64,000 bases of DNA from an uncultured delta proteobacterium (GTDB lineage Bacteria; Desulfobacterota; Syntrophobacteria; BM002): assembly GCA_963712115.1 (NCBI GenBank), contig CAVQGX010000032.1, positions 32,001 through 96,000 on the forward strand, written 5' to 3'. Positions 29,252-38,287 of the stretch are shown piece by piece. Positions within the stretch are counted from its first letter, which is position 1. Every line of letters starts with the position of its first letter. Both the position numbers and the translations under genes were made by a program. A model generated the notes under the pieces. That model saw nothing but the letters and a program-made list of their open reading frames with translations. It had not been told where the DNA came from and did no database searches.

Positions 29252-30943
29252 CTAATCCTTCACCGAGCAACGAACTACCTCCTCAACCGTTGTAATTCCT
29301 TCTTTTAGTTTATTAATACCGGATTGCCTTAGGGTTAGCATTCCCAAACGCATCGCCTCACGCTTGATTTCCGTGCTGGAAGCGCCCACGAGAACCAATT
29401 CCTTGATCTCCTCATACATCGGCATAACCTCGTAAAGAGCTATGCGCCCTTTATACCCAGTTTGGCTACAGGTGTTACAGCCCGTGCCATGATTGCATTT
29501 AAAGCTTCCCACCTCTTCTTCGGGCACCCCCAAATCCAGCAGGGTCTCTTTTGGAATTTCTATTTCTTCTTTGCAATCCATGCAGACCCGACGAGCCAGT
29601 CGCTGGGCGAGGATAAGGTTGACAGCCGAGGACACCAGAAAGGGCTCCACCCCCATGTTGAGCATACGATTGACCGTACTGGGTGCATCATTGGTGTGCA
29701 GGGTGCTCAAAACCATGTGTCCTGTGAGCGCAGCTTTGATTGAAATCTCCGCGGTCTCAAAGTCGCGGACTTCCCCCACCATAATTATGTCCGGGTCTTG
29801 GCGCAGAAATGAGCGCAGACATGCAGCGAAGGACAGTCCGATGGCTTCATGTATCTGCACCTGATTTATGCCACCCAGGTTAAATTCCACCGGGTCTTCA
29901 GCGGTGGAAATATTCTCTGTTGTTTTGTTCAGTTCTGAAAGTGCACTATAAAGTGTTGTAGTCTTACCACTTCCCGTGGGTCCTGTCACCAGCACCATCC
30001 CAAAGGGTTTGTATATAGCATCTTTGAAATTAGCAAGTTGTTTTACCTCGAAACCCAACTTTGTCATGTCAAGTTGGAGATTGGACTTGTCAAGAAGTCG
30101 AAGCACTACCTTTTCCCCAAACAGGGTCGGCAGCACAGAGACGCGGAAATCCATTTCCTTGCCCTTGGTCTTCAATTTGATCCGACCGTCTTGGGGAAGG
30201 CGGCGTTCCGCTATGTCCAGCCTCGACATGATCTTCACCCGCGAGATAAGAGCATTCTTGAGTTTCATCGGCGGCTTCATAACTTCGTAAAGCACACCGT
30301 CAATCCGATAGCGCACCCGGAAGCTTTTTTCATAAGGCTCAATATGGATATCACTGGCCGCTTTCTTGATGGCATCTACCAAAATAAGATTCACCAGTTT
30401 GACCACCGGCGCCTGCTCGGCTGCGCTTTCCAGTTCGCCGAGATCTAGGTCCTCAGAACCCTGGACCACGTCAACCCCATCTTCATCGAACTCCTGCATG
30501 ACATCTTCTAAAGCAGCACCTGCATCATAGAACCTGTCCATGGCAGATTTTATGGAACTTTCGGTGGCGACGGTGACACGAATGTTCTTTCTGGTGAGAA
30601 ACTTAATGTCGTCAATAATGAATATATTGGAGGGGTCTACCATTGCTATGGTAAGGGTTTGTCCTTCCAGGGATATGGGAACTATTCTATACTTATTGAC
30701 TATATTCCCGGGGATCATCTCGATGACGTCAGGATCTACGTCCAGCTTGGAAGGATCAGTGGAGGGAACTCCAAATTGCTTGCTCAGAAACTCCATGAGC
30801 TCGGCCTCTTCGATATATCCCATCTTGACGAGGTTGCTACCCAGCATACCCCCGTTGGCCTTTTGCTCTTGGAGTGCATTCTCCAGCTGTTCGGGCGTGA
30901 TCAGACCCTCACGCACCAAGAAATTACCCAACTTCTGCGCCAT
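29252..30943 (-). CDS. pilB: Type IV-A pilus assembly ATPase
   Basis: MshEN-like N-terminus (KLGNFLVREGLI), ASDIHIEP, GPTGSGKTT, LRQDPD and tetracysteine motif. Confidence 0.96.
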   Translation of the reverse strand: MAQKLGNFLVREGLITPEQLENALQEQKANGGMLGSNLVKMGYIEEAELMEFLSKQFGVPSTDPSKLDVDPDVIEMIPGNIVNKYRIVPISLEGQTLTIAMVDPSNIFIIDDIKFLTRKNIRVTVATESSIKSAMDRFYDAGAALEDVMQEFDEDGVDVVQGSEDLDLGELESAAEQAPVVKLVNLILVDAIKKAASDIHIEPYEKSFRVRYRIDGVLYEVMKPPMKLKNALISRVKIMSRLDIAERRLPQDGRIKLKTKGKEMDFRVSVLPTLFGEKVVLRLLDKSNLQLDMTKLGFEVKQLANFKDAIYKPFGMVLVTGPTGSGKTTTLYSALSELNKTTENISTAEDPVEFNLGGINQVQIHEAIGLSFAACLRSFLRQDPDIIMVGEVRDFETAEISIKAALTGHMVLSTLHTNDAPSTVNRMLNMGVEPFLVSSAVNLILAQRLARRVCMDCKEEIEIPKETLLDLGVPEEEVGSFKCNHGTGCNTCSQTGYKGRIALYEVMPMYEEIKELVLVGASSTEIKREAMRLGMLTLRQSGINKLKEGITTVEEVVRCSVKD

Positions 30944-31258
30944 ATGCCGACCCTTAACTCCTCTGGCAGGATCTTTTTAACTTCGGTCTTGGGCTATTTA
31001 TGCAAAATACAGACCAAGGACCATAGTATTGATCCTTACCAGCAAATCCAACCTTTTTTGGATGGCGAAGGCAAGGCAATACCAGAAATCATTAATGATA
31101 ATTTAAACTCAGGCAAATGGATTTTCTTTGTCAAGGTAAAACTCCATGCGGTGAGGACTGATAGCTTGTTATAAAAATCTGCCCTATCCGCCATCGCAGC
31201 AGGCGATTCGCAACACTGCCAGGCAGGTCCAGCCGGTGCTTCAATTGACGCATAACTT

Positions 31259-32452
31259 TTAGCTCAACGCAGTGAGAGCTTCACTTAACCTGTCCATCCC
31301 CTTGTCGATTTGCTCCATGGAGATGGCGAAGGATAACCGCAGGCAGCTATCCTCTCCAAAAGCCACTCCAGGAACTACCGCTAAATGCACCTTATCCATG
31401 AGGTAAGCAGACAAGTCAAGAGAACCCCCGATGACCTGGTCATCGTAAGCACGACCGAAATAGGAAGAGAAATTAGCGAAAATATAAAATGTCCCCGTGG
31501 GCCTGATTACCCTCACTCCGGGCAGGCTTTCCAAGCGCGACGTCATATGGTCGCGCCTTTTTTCAAATGCCGCCACCATTTCGTCCACACAGTCTTGAGG
31601 ACCCGCAAGTGCCGCAACTGCAGCCTTCTGGGCTATGGAGTTGGGATTTGAGGTGCTCTGACTCTGAATCTTTGTTACCGCCCCTACCACCTCAGGCGGC
31701 CCTGCTAGATATCCTATTCTCCAGCCAGTCATAGCGTAGGTCTTAGAAACCCCATTTACTATTATCGTTTGTTTCCGCAGCTCCTCACCAAGCATAGCCA
31801 AATTGACCCAAGGCTGCCCTTGAAACAAAATCCGGTAATATATGTCGTCGGATATCACTGGCAGACCGTGCTGTAAAACAACCGGCGCCAGCTTCTCCAG
31901 TTCTTCTTTGGTGTATGTGGAACCGGTGGGATTAGATGGACTGTTAAGGATCAAACCTTTGCTTTTGGCAGTGATCGCCTCCTCGAGGACCTCCGGTCTG
32001 AGTTTGAACTGGTCTTCTTCGTAGGTAGGGACAATAACCGGAACTGCGTCTGCCAATCTCACAATGTCCGGGTAGCTAACCCAGTAAGGAGCTGGGATGA
32101 GGACTTCATCCCCAGGATCAAAAAGTACTTGAGCCAGATTGTATAGACTATGTTTGCCCCCGCAGGAAACCACGATTTCTTCTCGGCCATAGGAGAGACC
32201 GTAGCTGCCTTGAAACTCCGAGATAATTGCATCTTTCAATTCGTCAATTCCACCTACAGCTGTGTAGCGGGTGAAACCCTCCTTAATAGCTTCAAATGCG
32301 GCCAGACATATGTGTTCAGGCGTGTTGAAATCAGGTTCTCCCACACCAAAACTGATTACATCCACTCCGGCAGCTTTAAGGGCCTTCGCTTTAGTGTTTA
32401 TGGTCAAAGTTGGTGAAGGCTGGATTTGTGCCATCCGCTCAGAAAGTTTCAT
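31259..32452 (-). CDS. aspC: PLP-dependent aminotransferase class I/II (aspartate aminotransferase)
   Basis: GEPDF, NSPSNPTG, SDDIY and SKTYAMTGWRIG. Confidence 0.9.
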   Translation of the reverse strand: MKLSERMAQIQPSPTLTINTKAKALKAAGVDVISFGVGEPDFNTPEHICLAAFEAIKEGFTRYTAVGGIDELKDAIISEFQGSYGLSYGREEIVVSCGGKHSLYNLAQVLFDPGDEVLIPAPYWVSYPDIVRLADAVPVIVPTYEEDQFKLRPEVLEEAITAKSKGLILNSPSNPTGSTYTKEELEKLAPVVLQHGLPVISDDIYYRILFQGQPWVNLAMLGEELRKQTIIVNGVSKTYAMTGWRIGYLAGPPEVVGAVTKIQSQSTSNPNSIAQKAAVAALAGPQDCVDEMVAAFEKRRDHMTSRLESLPGVRVIRPTGTFYIFANFSSYFGRAYDDQVIGGSLDLSAYLMDKVHLAVVPGVAFGEDSCLRLSFAISMEQIDKGMDRLSEALTALS

Positions 32453-32509
32453 GATCGAACCTCCCTTATTTACAAAGCGCAAAGCGTCAGAGTTAGTGAG
32501 TCAGCAGAC

Positions 32510-32608
32510 AGGAGCCAAGAGCCATAATCAGATTGACAGCGGGCATAAGGCACAAGGCTGAATTAAATCAGTCTAGCCTTGCGCCCTGAGCCTTGTGCCA
32601 TTGACTCT
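32510..32608. repeat. Heptamer (AGGCACA/TGCGCC) palindromic intergenic element
   Basis: GGCATAAGGCACAAGGCT ... AGCCTTGCGCCCTGAGCCTTGTGCC inverted arms. Confidence 0.6.
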
Positions 32609-32617
32609 ATCCGTTAT

Positions 32618-33370
32618 TCAATAGCGAACTTCCAGCAAGCAAAGGCCGCGGGCTGGTGCCGTCATTCCCGCTTGCTGGCGGTTGCGGGCGGCAAGAACCG
32701 CGGAAAACCCTTCCTCTGTAAGCTTTCCTGACCCCACATCCACTAGGGTACCAATTATGTTGCGCACCATGTGTCTGAGAAATCCGTTGGCCTCAATAGT
32801 GATGAGCCGTGTATACTCTCCAACGGAAGTGATCTCGGAGGCCAAAACAACTCTCTCGGTACTGCGTACACTGCTCCCTGCTGCCTGAAATGAAGAAAAA
32901 TCATGCCTGCCTTCGAGCAGTTTCAAACATTGCACCATAGATGACCACCTTAGGGGTCGACTGATATGCCAACCATATTGTCTGCCCAATGCCGGCGCTA
33001 TCGGTCCGTTGTGAATCCGGTATTCGTAGACCTTACTGCGCGCCTTGAACCTGGCGTGAAACTCCTTTGGTACCAAGATCAACTCCAGGGCAACGATATC
33101 ATCGGGAAGCAGACTGTTCAAACCACGCAGAAGCCGGTCTGGGGGAATTTGAGTTTCACTCAAAAAGTTTGCCACTTGGCCCCGAGCGTGAACCCCTGCG
33201 TCGGTCCGACCGGCACCTACAAGTCGCACTGGAGTTTGGGTCATAATTGCTAGCCGGGTCTCCACCACCTCTTGTATGGTCAGTAAACCTTTCTGGCGCT
33301 GCCAGCCATGGTAGTTCGAGCCGTCATATTCGAGAACGAGTTTGTAGTTCTTTCTCTGGTCATAGGTCAT
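32618..33370 (-). CDS. truA: tRNA pseudouridine(38-40) synthase
   Basis: YDGSNYHGWQ, GAGRTDAGVHA and GFLRHMVR. Confidence 0.97.
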   Translation of the reverse strand: MTYDQRKNYKLVLEYDGSNYHGWQRQKGLLTIQEVVETRLAIMTQTPVRLVGAGRTDAGVHARGQVANFLSETQIPPDRLLRGLNSLLPDDIVALELILVPKEFHARFKARSKVYEYRIHNGPIAPALGRQYGWHISRPLRWSSMVQCLKLLEGRHDFSSFQAAGSSVRSTERVVLASEITSVGEYTRLITIEANGFLRHMVRNIIGTLVDVGSGKLTEEGFSAVLAARNRQQAGMTAPARGLCLLEVRY

Positions 33371-33485
33371 GGGTCATTGGTCATAGGTGATTAGTCATGT
33401 ATCATTTGTTTCACCGCGTCACCGCGTCGCCCCTTCTCCTCATCGTTCCGCAGTGCCTAGTGCGCAAGGTCTCCAGGCTTTGCAC

Positions 33486-34532
33486 CTATGGTTGCCAGGC
33501 CCTCAGCCGAAGGCCCTCAGCCTCATCAAACCCAAACATCAAGTTCATGTTACAAATGGCCTGGCCCGCTGCACCCCTGGTTAGATTATCAATGGCTGAG
33601 ATAGTTATAATTCGACCGGTGCGACTCTCTATGCGCCAACCAATATCACAGAAGTTGGTTCCACGGACGTAAAGAGTAGATGGCAGTTGCCCTTGCTGCA
33701 GAACTCTGACGAAAACCGCCCTTTCATAAGCTTCCTGGTAAAGACTGCTTATCTCCTCGTCGCTGACTTTCTTAGAAAGGTTTGCATATAAAGTGGTTAA
33801 AATCCCTCTGGACATGGGAACCAAGTGGGGCGTGAAAACCACCTTAATCGGTCTTTCGGCTAGGATGCTTAGTTCCTGCTCGATTTCTGGTGTGTGACGG
33901 TGTTCAGCCACTTTGTAGGCTGTGAATCCCTCATTGGCTTCACAGAAATGAGTAGTGAGAGTTGGAGCCCGCCCGGCACCGCTTACTCCTGACTTGCAGT
34001 CGGCTATTAGGCTATGAGGATCCACCACTCCAGCTGCCACTAGAGGGGCAGCCGCCAAAATTACTCCAGTTGGGTAGCACCCCGGATTGCCTACTAGATT
34101 AGCAGTTCGGATTTTACTGCCGTGAAGTTCAGGTAGACCATACACCGCCTCTGCCAGAAGATCCTTGGCTCTGTGCTCTTGGTACCATTTTTCATATATC
34201 TCTGGGCTACGAAAACGAAAGTCGGCACTTAAATCCACCACCCGCTTACCAGCCCGAACCAGTGGGGACACCACCTCCATAGCCGTCTTGTGGGGCAAGG
34301 CAACAAACAGGCAATCGGCTATATCCACTAACCTTTCGAGATCTATTTGTGTACAAACCAAGGAACAGATCTTTTGCAGAGCCGGGAAAACTTCACTGAT
34401 TGGCTGGCCAGCATATGATTGGGAGGTGATCGCGGTTAGCTCCACCCTAGGATGTTGGAGTAGGAGTGTAACAAGTTCAAAACCAGTGTATCCCGTACCG
34501 CCAACCACTGCAACGCGTATCTTCACCTTCAT
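33486..34532 (-). CDS. argC: N-acetyl-gamma-glutamyl-phosphate reductase
   Basis: GGTGYTG, DLSADFR, NPGCYPT, SGVSGAG and DNLTRGAAGQA. Confidence 0.97.
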   Translation of the reverse strand: MKVKIRVAVVGGTGYTGFELVTLLLQHPRVELTAITSQSYAGQPISEVFPALQKICSLVCTQIDLERLVDIADCLFVALPHKTAMEVVSPLVRAGKRVVDLSADFRFRSPEIYEKWYQEHRAKDLLAEAVYGLPELHGSKIRTANLVGNPGCYPTGVILAAAPLVAAGVVDPHSLIADCKSGVSGAGRAPTLTTHFCEANEGFTAYKVAEHRHTPEIEQELSILAERPIKVVFTPHLVPMSRGILTTLYANLSKKVSDEEISSLYQEAYERAVFVRVLQQGQLPSTLYVRGTNFCDIGWRIESRTGRIITISAIDNLTRGAAGQAICNMNLMFGFDEAEGLRLRAWQP

Positions 34533-34599
34533 CCCCCCTCGATCTCTGGGAAACCTAACGATATCCCCATTAAAGGGTTTCAATCTATCCGATACTGAG

Positions 34600-34721
34600 G
34601 ATTGCTGATTTTAGATTGTAGATCTCAGATTTAAGAATGATGTTTGGAGGGAGTCATGAGATTCCGAAAACCACAATCTGCAATCCGAAATCATAAATCT
34701 TAAATTCCAATTCTCCAATTC
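34600..34721. repeat. Heptamer (GATTGT/ACAATC) palindromic intergenic element
   Basis: GATTGCTGATTTTAGATTGTAGAT ... CAATCTGCAATCCGAAATC inverted arms. Confidence 0.65.
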
Positions 34722-34785
34722 AAGTTGGATTCCACCCAGCAGCTACCAAAACGTATGATATCACCGAAAGTTGGTGCTTCCGAGC

Positions 34786-34812
34786 AAAAAAAAGGAGGGC
34801 CGAGCCCTCCTT
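34786..34812 (-). terminator. Rho-independent terminator after rpsI
   Basis: AAGGAGGGC-TCG-GCCCTCCTT hairpin running into a U-tract on the minus strand. Confidence 0.85.
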
Positions 34813-34835
34813 CACAATCCAAACTGTGTTCAAGT

Positions 34836-35228
34836 CTAACGTTTCGAGTATTGGAATCTTTTCCTGGCTCCGGGTTGGCCGTATTTTTTTCGCTCCTTCA
34901 CCCTCGAGTCACGGGTTAGGAAGCCTGCCTTTTTCAACAGCGGCCGAAAATCAGGATTGACTTCGAGGAGGGCTTTGGAGATGCCATGTTTAATCGCGCC
35001 AGCCTGGCCCGAAATGCCACCGCCCCGGACATTGACATGAATATCGTATTTTCCCAGGGTCTCTGTCAATTCTAACGGCTGACGAATAACCATCTTGGCG
35101 GTCTCGCGCTTTAGATAGTCGTCAATGTGACGTTTGTTTATGGTGATGTTACCATCTCCCGGCATGAGCCATACCCGGGCGACGGCTGTCTTCCTTTTGC
35201 CAGTGGCGTAGTGGCGTTCCTCACTCAT
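34836..35228 (-). CDS. rpsI: 30S ribosomal protein S9
   Basis: [22 protein letters not shown] and RFQYSKR. Confidence 0.99.
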   Translation of the reverse strand: MSEERHYATGKRKTAVARVWLMPGDGNITINKRHIDDYLKRETAKMVIRQPLELTETLGKYDIHVNVRGGGISGQAGAIKHGISKALLEVNPDFRPLLKKAGFLTRDSRVKERKKYGQPGARKRFQYSKR

Positions 35229-35244
35229 TAACTAGCTCCTGTCC

Positions 35245-35679
35245 TCAGTAGGGTAGATCGAGCGGCTGAGGCTGTTGGGCCTCATGGGGATGATCTGTCC
35301 CAGCATAAACCTTGAGTTTTTTATAAAGCTGGCGCCCGAGACGATTTTTGGGCAACATGCCCCATACCGCGTAACGCACCAGATCTTCTGGTCTCTTTTC
35401 TCTCAGTTTCTTAGCGGTTATTGCCTTGATCCCGCCCATGTAGCCCGAATGGCGATAGTAGGTTTTTTGTTCCCACTTCCTACCGGTCAATTTGACCTTT
35501 TCAGCATTGATAACAACGATGAAATCGCCAGTATCCGCATGGGGTGTGAAACTGGGCTGATGCTTGCCCCGCAGTCTGCTAGCCACTTGACTGGCCAGTC
35601 TACCCAAAGTCCGATCGGCGGCATCCACCACATACCACTTGCGGTTCTCGGGAATAGTCTTGGCACTGAGTGTTTTCAT
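35245..35679 (-). CDS. rplM: 50S ribosomal protein L13
   Basis: WYVVDA, LGRLAS, LRGKH and HPHEAQQP; start moved to MKTLSAK. Confidence 0.99.
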   Translation of the reverse strand: MKTLSAKTIPENRKWYVVDAADRTLGRLASQVASRLRGKHQPSFTPHADTGDFIVVINAEKVKLTGRKWEQKTYYRHSGYMGGIKAITAKKLREKRPEDLVRYAVWGMLPKNRLGRQLYKKLKVYAGTDHPHEAQQPQPLDLPY

Positions 35680-35713
35680 GGTTCGACTCCGTAAAGAAAA
35701 GTTACGAATCGGG

Positions 35714-35743
35714 TATATAACCATGCTTGTTGACACTTGTCAA
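35714..35743 (-). promoter_or_regulatory. Putative sigma70 promoter for rplM-rpsI
   Basis: TTGACA-18 nt-TATATA; the -35 box lies within a TTGAC-N4-GTCAA palindrome. Confidence 0.55.
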
Positions 35744-35805
35744 GAAAAACTAGCACAGGAGTTTCCCCAAAAATATTTTTGTGACATAGGCCACGGGGAA
35801 GCTGC

Positions 35806-35919
35806 GAACCGCTGATCGTCCGGCTCATCCACATATCAGAATGTCTGCGCCTTAAGCTCACCAACCCCGTAAAGTTTGATACCCACTGTGAACCGCTGAT
35901 CGTCCGGCTCATCCACATA
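35806..35919. repeat. 30-bp exact direct repeat (35806-35835 and 35890-35919) bracketing the lptD 3' end
   Basis: GAACCGCTGATCGTCCGGCTCATCCACATA occurs twice, with starts 84 bp apart. Confidence 0.95.
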
Positions 35920-38076
35920 GCTGAAGGAGATGCCCCAACATTGCCTCTCTATGATCAGATTGTATTCGTTCTTGATCTTTTCGTTCGTGTCTAGCCGGTA
36001 GTTAGCTCGAAGATTCAGAGAAACTCCCTCCCACAACTTCAGACCTAGTTTGGCGTCGATCTCATCCAAAAGGGTCTTGCCGTCTCGGTCGAGTTGCCGC
36101 TGGTAGTCAATATTCAGGCTATCTCCTCGCTCGTCCCAAAGCGCCGCCAACAGGTTATGACTCTTAAACTCTTCATCATAAAGCGACAGCTCGTTCTTGT
36201 AGGTTAGGGTTATATAGCGTCTGGGGGTGAGGTCTAGCTGCGTGAAGACGTTTGAAAAGGGGCGCTTCCTGGTGGTGCTAGGATCATCTTCTCCCCCGTC
36301 GGGCTGGCTGATATCGTAGTGCTGGCTCAGCAGCAATCGAGCGACGTCAAGGTATTCCACCTGGTCGGGACTCTTGTCCAGGCGAGCGGAAAAAAAGTTG
36401 GTCAGGCTGTAGTTTAAACGATTCCTACTGTTAATCCTGTCGGTGGCGTCAAAAAAGGGCAATTTGCTTTGGCTTACTTCAGGCCTGTATTCATAAAGGA
36501 TATTCGGCCTCACCGTGTGTTTGGTCTTAGTCCATGTCTCTCCCTCCATCTCGAAGATCCTCACGATTTCGGCCGATCCTTCCATCCCCGTCTCGAAGAT
36601 TTCTCGGCTCTGAAAGGTCTTTTCTTTAACCCTGCTGTCTGCAGACTCGTCGTACTGGTCAATTAAGTAGAGTGTCTCCAAAAAACCAACAAAAGGCTCG
36701 AGTTCCAGGTACCCGCCCCTACGAAGCGGTAAGGACAACCGTGGAGTAGCGTTCAGTCGATTGCCCCTGGTACCTTCTGGCCTCCAGTAATTTACATAAC
36801 CCGCATCTGCTTCGATAAAAAAGGGCCCCCCCAATAGCGGTTGTCTGGAAGCGTTGTAGGTAATTAAGGGAAGCTGCTGTAGCTGGGTTTCGTCCAAATC
36901 GCTGTCCAGGTTCTGATAATAATGCAGCTGGAAGTTGGCGGATTGGGTAGGCCAAATCTTGTTTAACAGGAGCACTGACTCCCGGGTAGTAACTGTTTCG
37001 TCATTGATTAGACCCCGGCCGAAGGTATTCCTCAATTCCTGGTCGGACTCGCGCCAGCTATTGTATCCTGTGTTAAACGCTCTGAGATAATCGGGATCAC
37101 TGACAAAATCGAGATCCAGGTTTCCCTGAACCTGATAGGGCAAAACAAAATCCTGCTTGGACCGCCACCACCAGCGATCCCGCGTTATTCTGCGGAGGCC
37201 GGCAGCGCTCTCATAGTTATCCTCTTGTAGATCACTTTTGCTTGCCTGATCATCAAGATAATTGAAACGCAACTCGCCCTTACTCTGTGAGCTGGCAGCA
37301 TAACGAAATTCGGGTCCCATCATCAGGCCGCGCTTGCTCATATAGTGGGAGTAGATAGTTGCATCCGTGCTTCTGGAAATAGCCCAGAAAAAGGGCAGGT
37401 CAAAGTCGTATCCCAGCCGTTCACCTAATCCAAAGCGGGGCATCAACAGCCCGGTTTGTCTCTTTGTTTTGGCTGGAAAGGCCAGATAGGGGCTGTAGAG
37501 CACAGGGGCGCGTCCTAGATGAAATCTTGCGTGTTTGGCAAAACCGTATCCTTCCACAGTAACTTTCAGGTCACTGGTTCGGAAATGCCAACTGGGCTCG
37601 TCGCCGTCACAGGTAGTGAAGGTCCCATCCCTCACATGGTAGGTTTGCGGACCTAGCTTTTCCACCAGGGCACCACTGAAGTGAAAATTACCATCCGCGA
37701 GGAAGCCTCTGCCAAACTCGATTAGACCCGTTTCCTTCTCCAGGTCCAGATAGGCACTTTCCCCCTCCAACCAGTCCTTATCCTTCTCTATGCGAATATC
37801 GCCTTCAACTATGGCCTCCATGCTGGCTGCATCCAAGCGAATCTGGTCTGCAAATATAACACTACCCTTGGCGTGCAAAATGACATTACCACTGGCCGTG
37901 TAGATATCCTGCCTTTCATCGTAGGAGAAATTGTCGGCCCTCAGCCGGTAGCCAGAATCCTCTTCCCCCTGAGCGGTGAATTTTTCAGCTCTGTCCTTTG
38001 ACTCTGCGGGCAGTTTGGCAGGGAATAAGAATGTCACAAATAGGCAAAGCCCGAGCATTCTTATTGTCCTTCTCAT
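35836..38076 (-). CDS. lptD: LPS-assembly protein LptD
   Basis: Signal peptide, OstA-like N-domain, FTTCD, KRQTGLLMP, LPFFWAI, QCWG and C-terminal F. Confidence 0.92.
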   Translation of the reverse strand: MRRTIRMLGLCLFVTFLFPAKLPAESKDRAEKFTAQGEEDSGYRLRADNFSYDERQDIYTASGNVILHAKGSVIFADQIRLDAASMEAIVEGDIRIEKDKDWLEGESAYLDLEKETGLIEFGRGFLADGNFHFSGALVEKLGPQTYHVRDGTFTTCDGDEPSWHFRTSDLKVTVEGYGFAKHARFHLGRAPVLYSPYLAFPAKTKRQTGLLMPRFGLGERLGYDFDLPFFWAISRSTDATIYSHYMSKRGLMMGPEFRYAASSQSKGELRFNYLDDQASKSDLQEDNYESAAGLRRITRDRWWWRSKQDFVLPYQVQGNLDLDFVSDPDYLRAFNTGYNSWRESDQELRNTFGRGLINDETVTTRESVLLLNKIWPTQSANFQLHYYQNLDSDLDETQLQQLPLITYNASRQPLLGGPFFIEADAGYVNYWRPEGTRGNRLNATPRLSLPLRRGGYLELEPFVGFLETLYLIDQYDESADSRVKEKTFQSREIFETGMEGSAEIVRIFEMEGETWTKTKHTVRPNILYEYRPEVSQSKLPFFDATDRINSRNRLNYSLTNFFSARLDKSPDQVEYLDVARLLLSQHYDISQPDGGEDDPSTTRKRPFSNVFTQLDLTPRRYITLTYKNELSLYDEEFKSHNLLAALWDERGDSLNIDYQRQLDRDGKTLLDEIDAKLGLKLWEGVSLNLRANYRLDTNEKIKNEYNLIIERQCWGISFSYVDEPDDQRFTVGIKLYGVGELKAQTF

Positions 38077-38121
38077 AGCCCACCCTGTACCGACGGTTGC
38101 CTGGAATTAAGAAAACTTGCT

Positions 38122-38224
38122 TCATCCCGGATTTGCTTGGATGGTCGTCTTTTGACCATTGATACCATGGCTACCCTGTCCCACCCAGTTCTTTCATCAT
38201 CGCATCCAAGCAAATCCCGGATGA
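38122..38224. repeat. TIR element (TCATCCCGGATTTGCTTGGATG family), internally deleted copy
   Basis: 22-bp terminal inverted repeat with 1 mismatch; homologous to 47280-47414. Confidence 0.82.
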
Positions 38225-38287
38225 CCCGAAAACTTTAGCTAATCTCCATCCAGAATCTCATGATTCACCTTAGCAATATGTATGCAA

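Noticed and set aside
34725-34785. tRNA downstream of rpsI
   Set aside because: No cloverleaf, T-loop or CCA recognisable.
35800-35838. Selenocysteine read-through of the lptD TGA using the GAGCCG/CGGTTC hairpin as a SECIS
   Set aside because: LptD already ends in the expected terminal Phe, the hairpin is just duplicated coding sequence, and there is no Cys-homolog rationale.
35676-35918. 80-aa ORF with repeated MWMSRTISGSQ
   Set aside because: Alternate-frame product of the 30-bp duplication; overlaps lptD and the rplM promoter.
35806-35919. Mini CRISPR array (two 30-bp repeats)
   Set aside because: Only two units, one is lptD coding sequence, the 54-bp spacer is the lptD C-terminus, and there are no cas genes.
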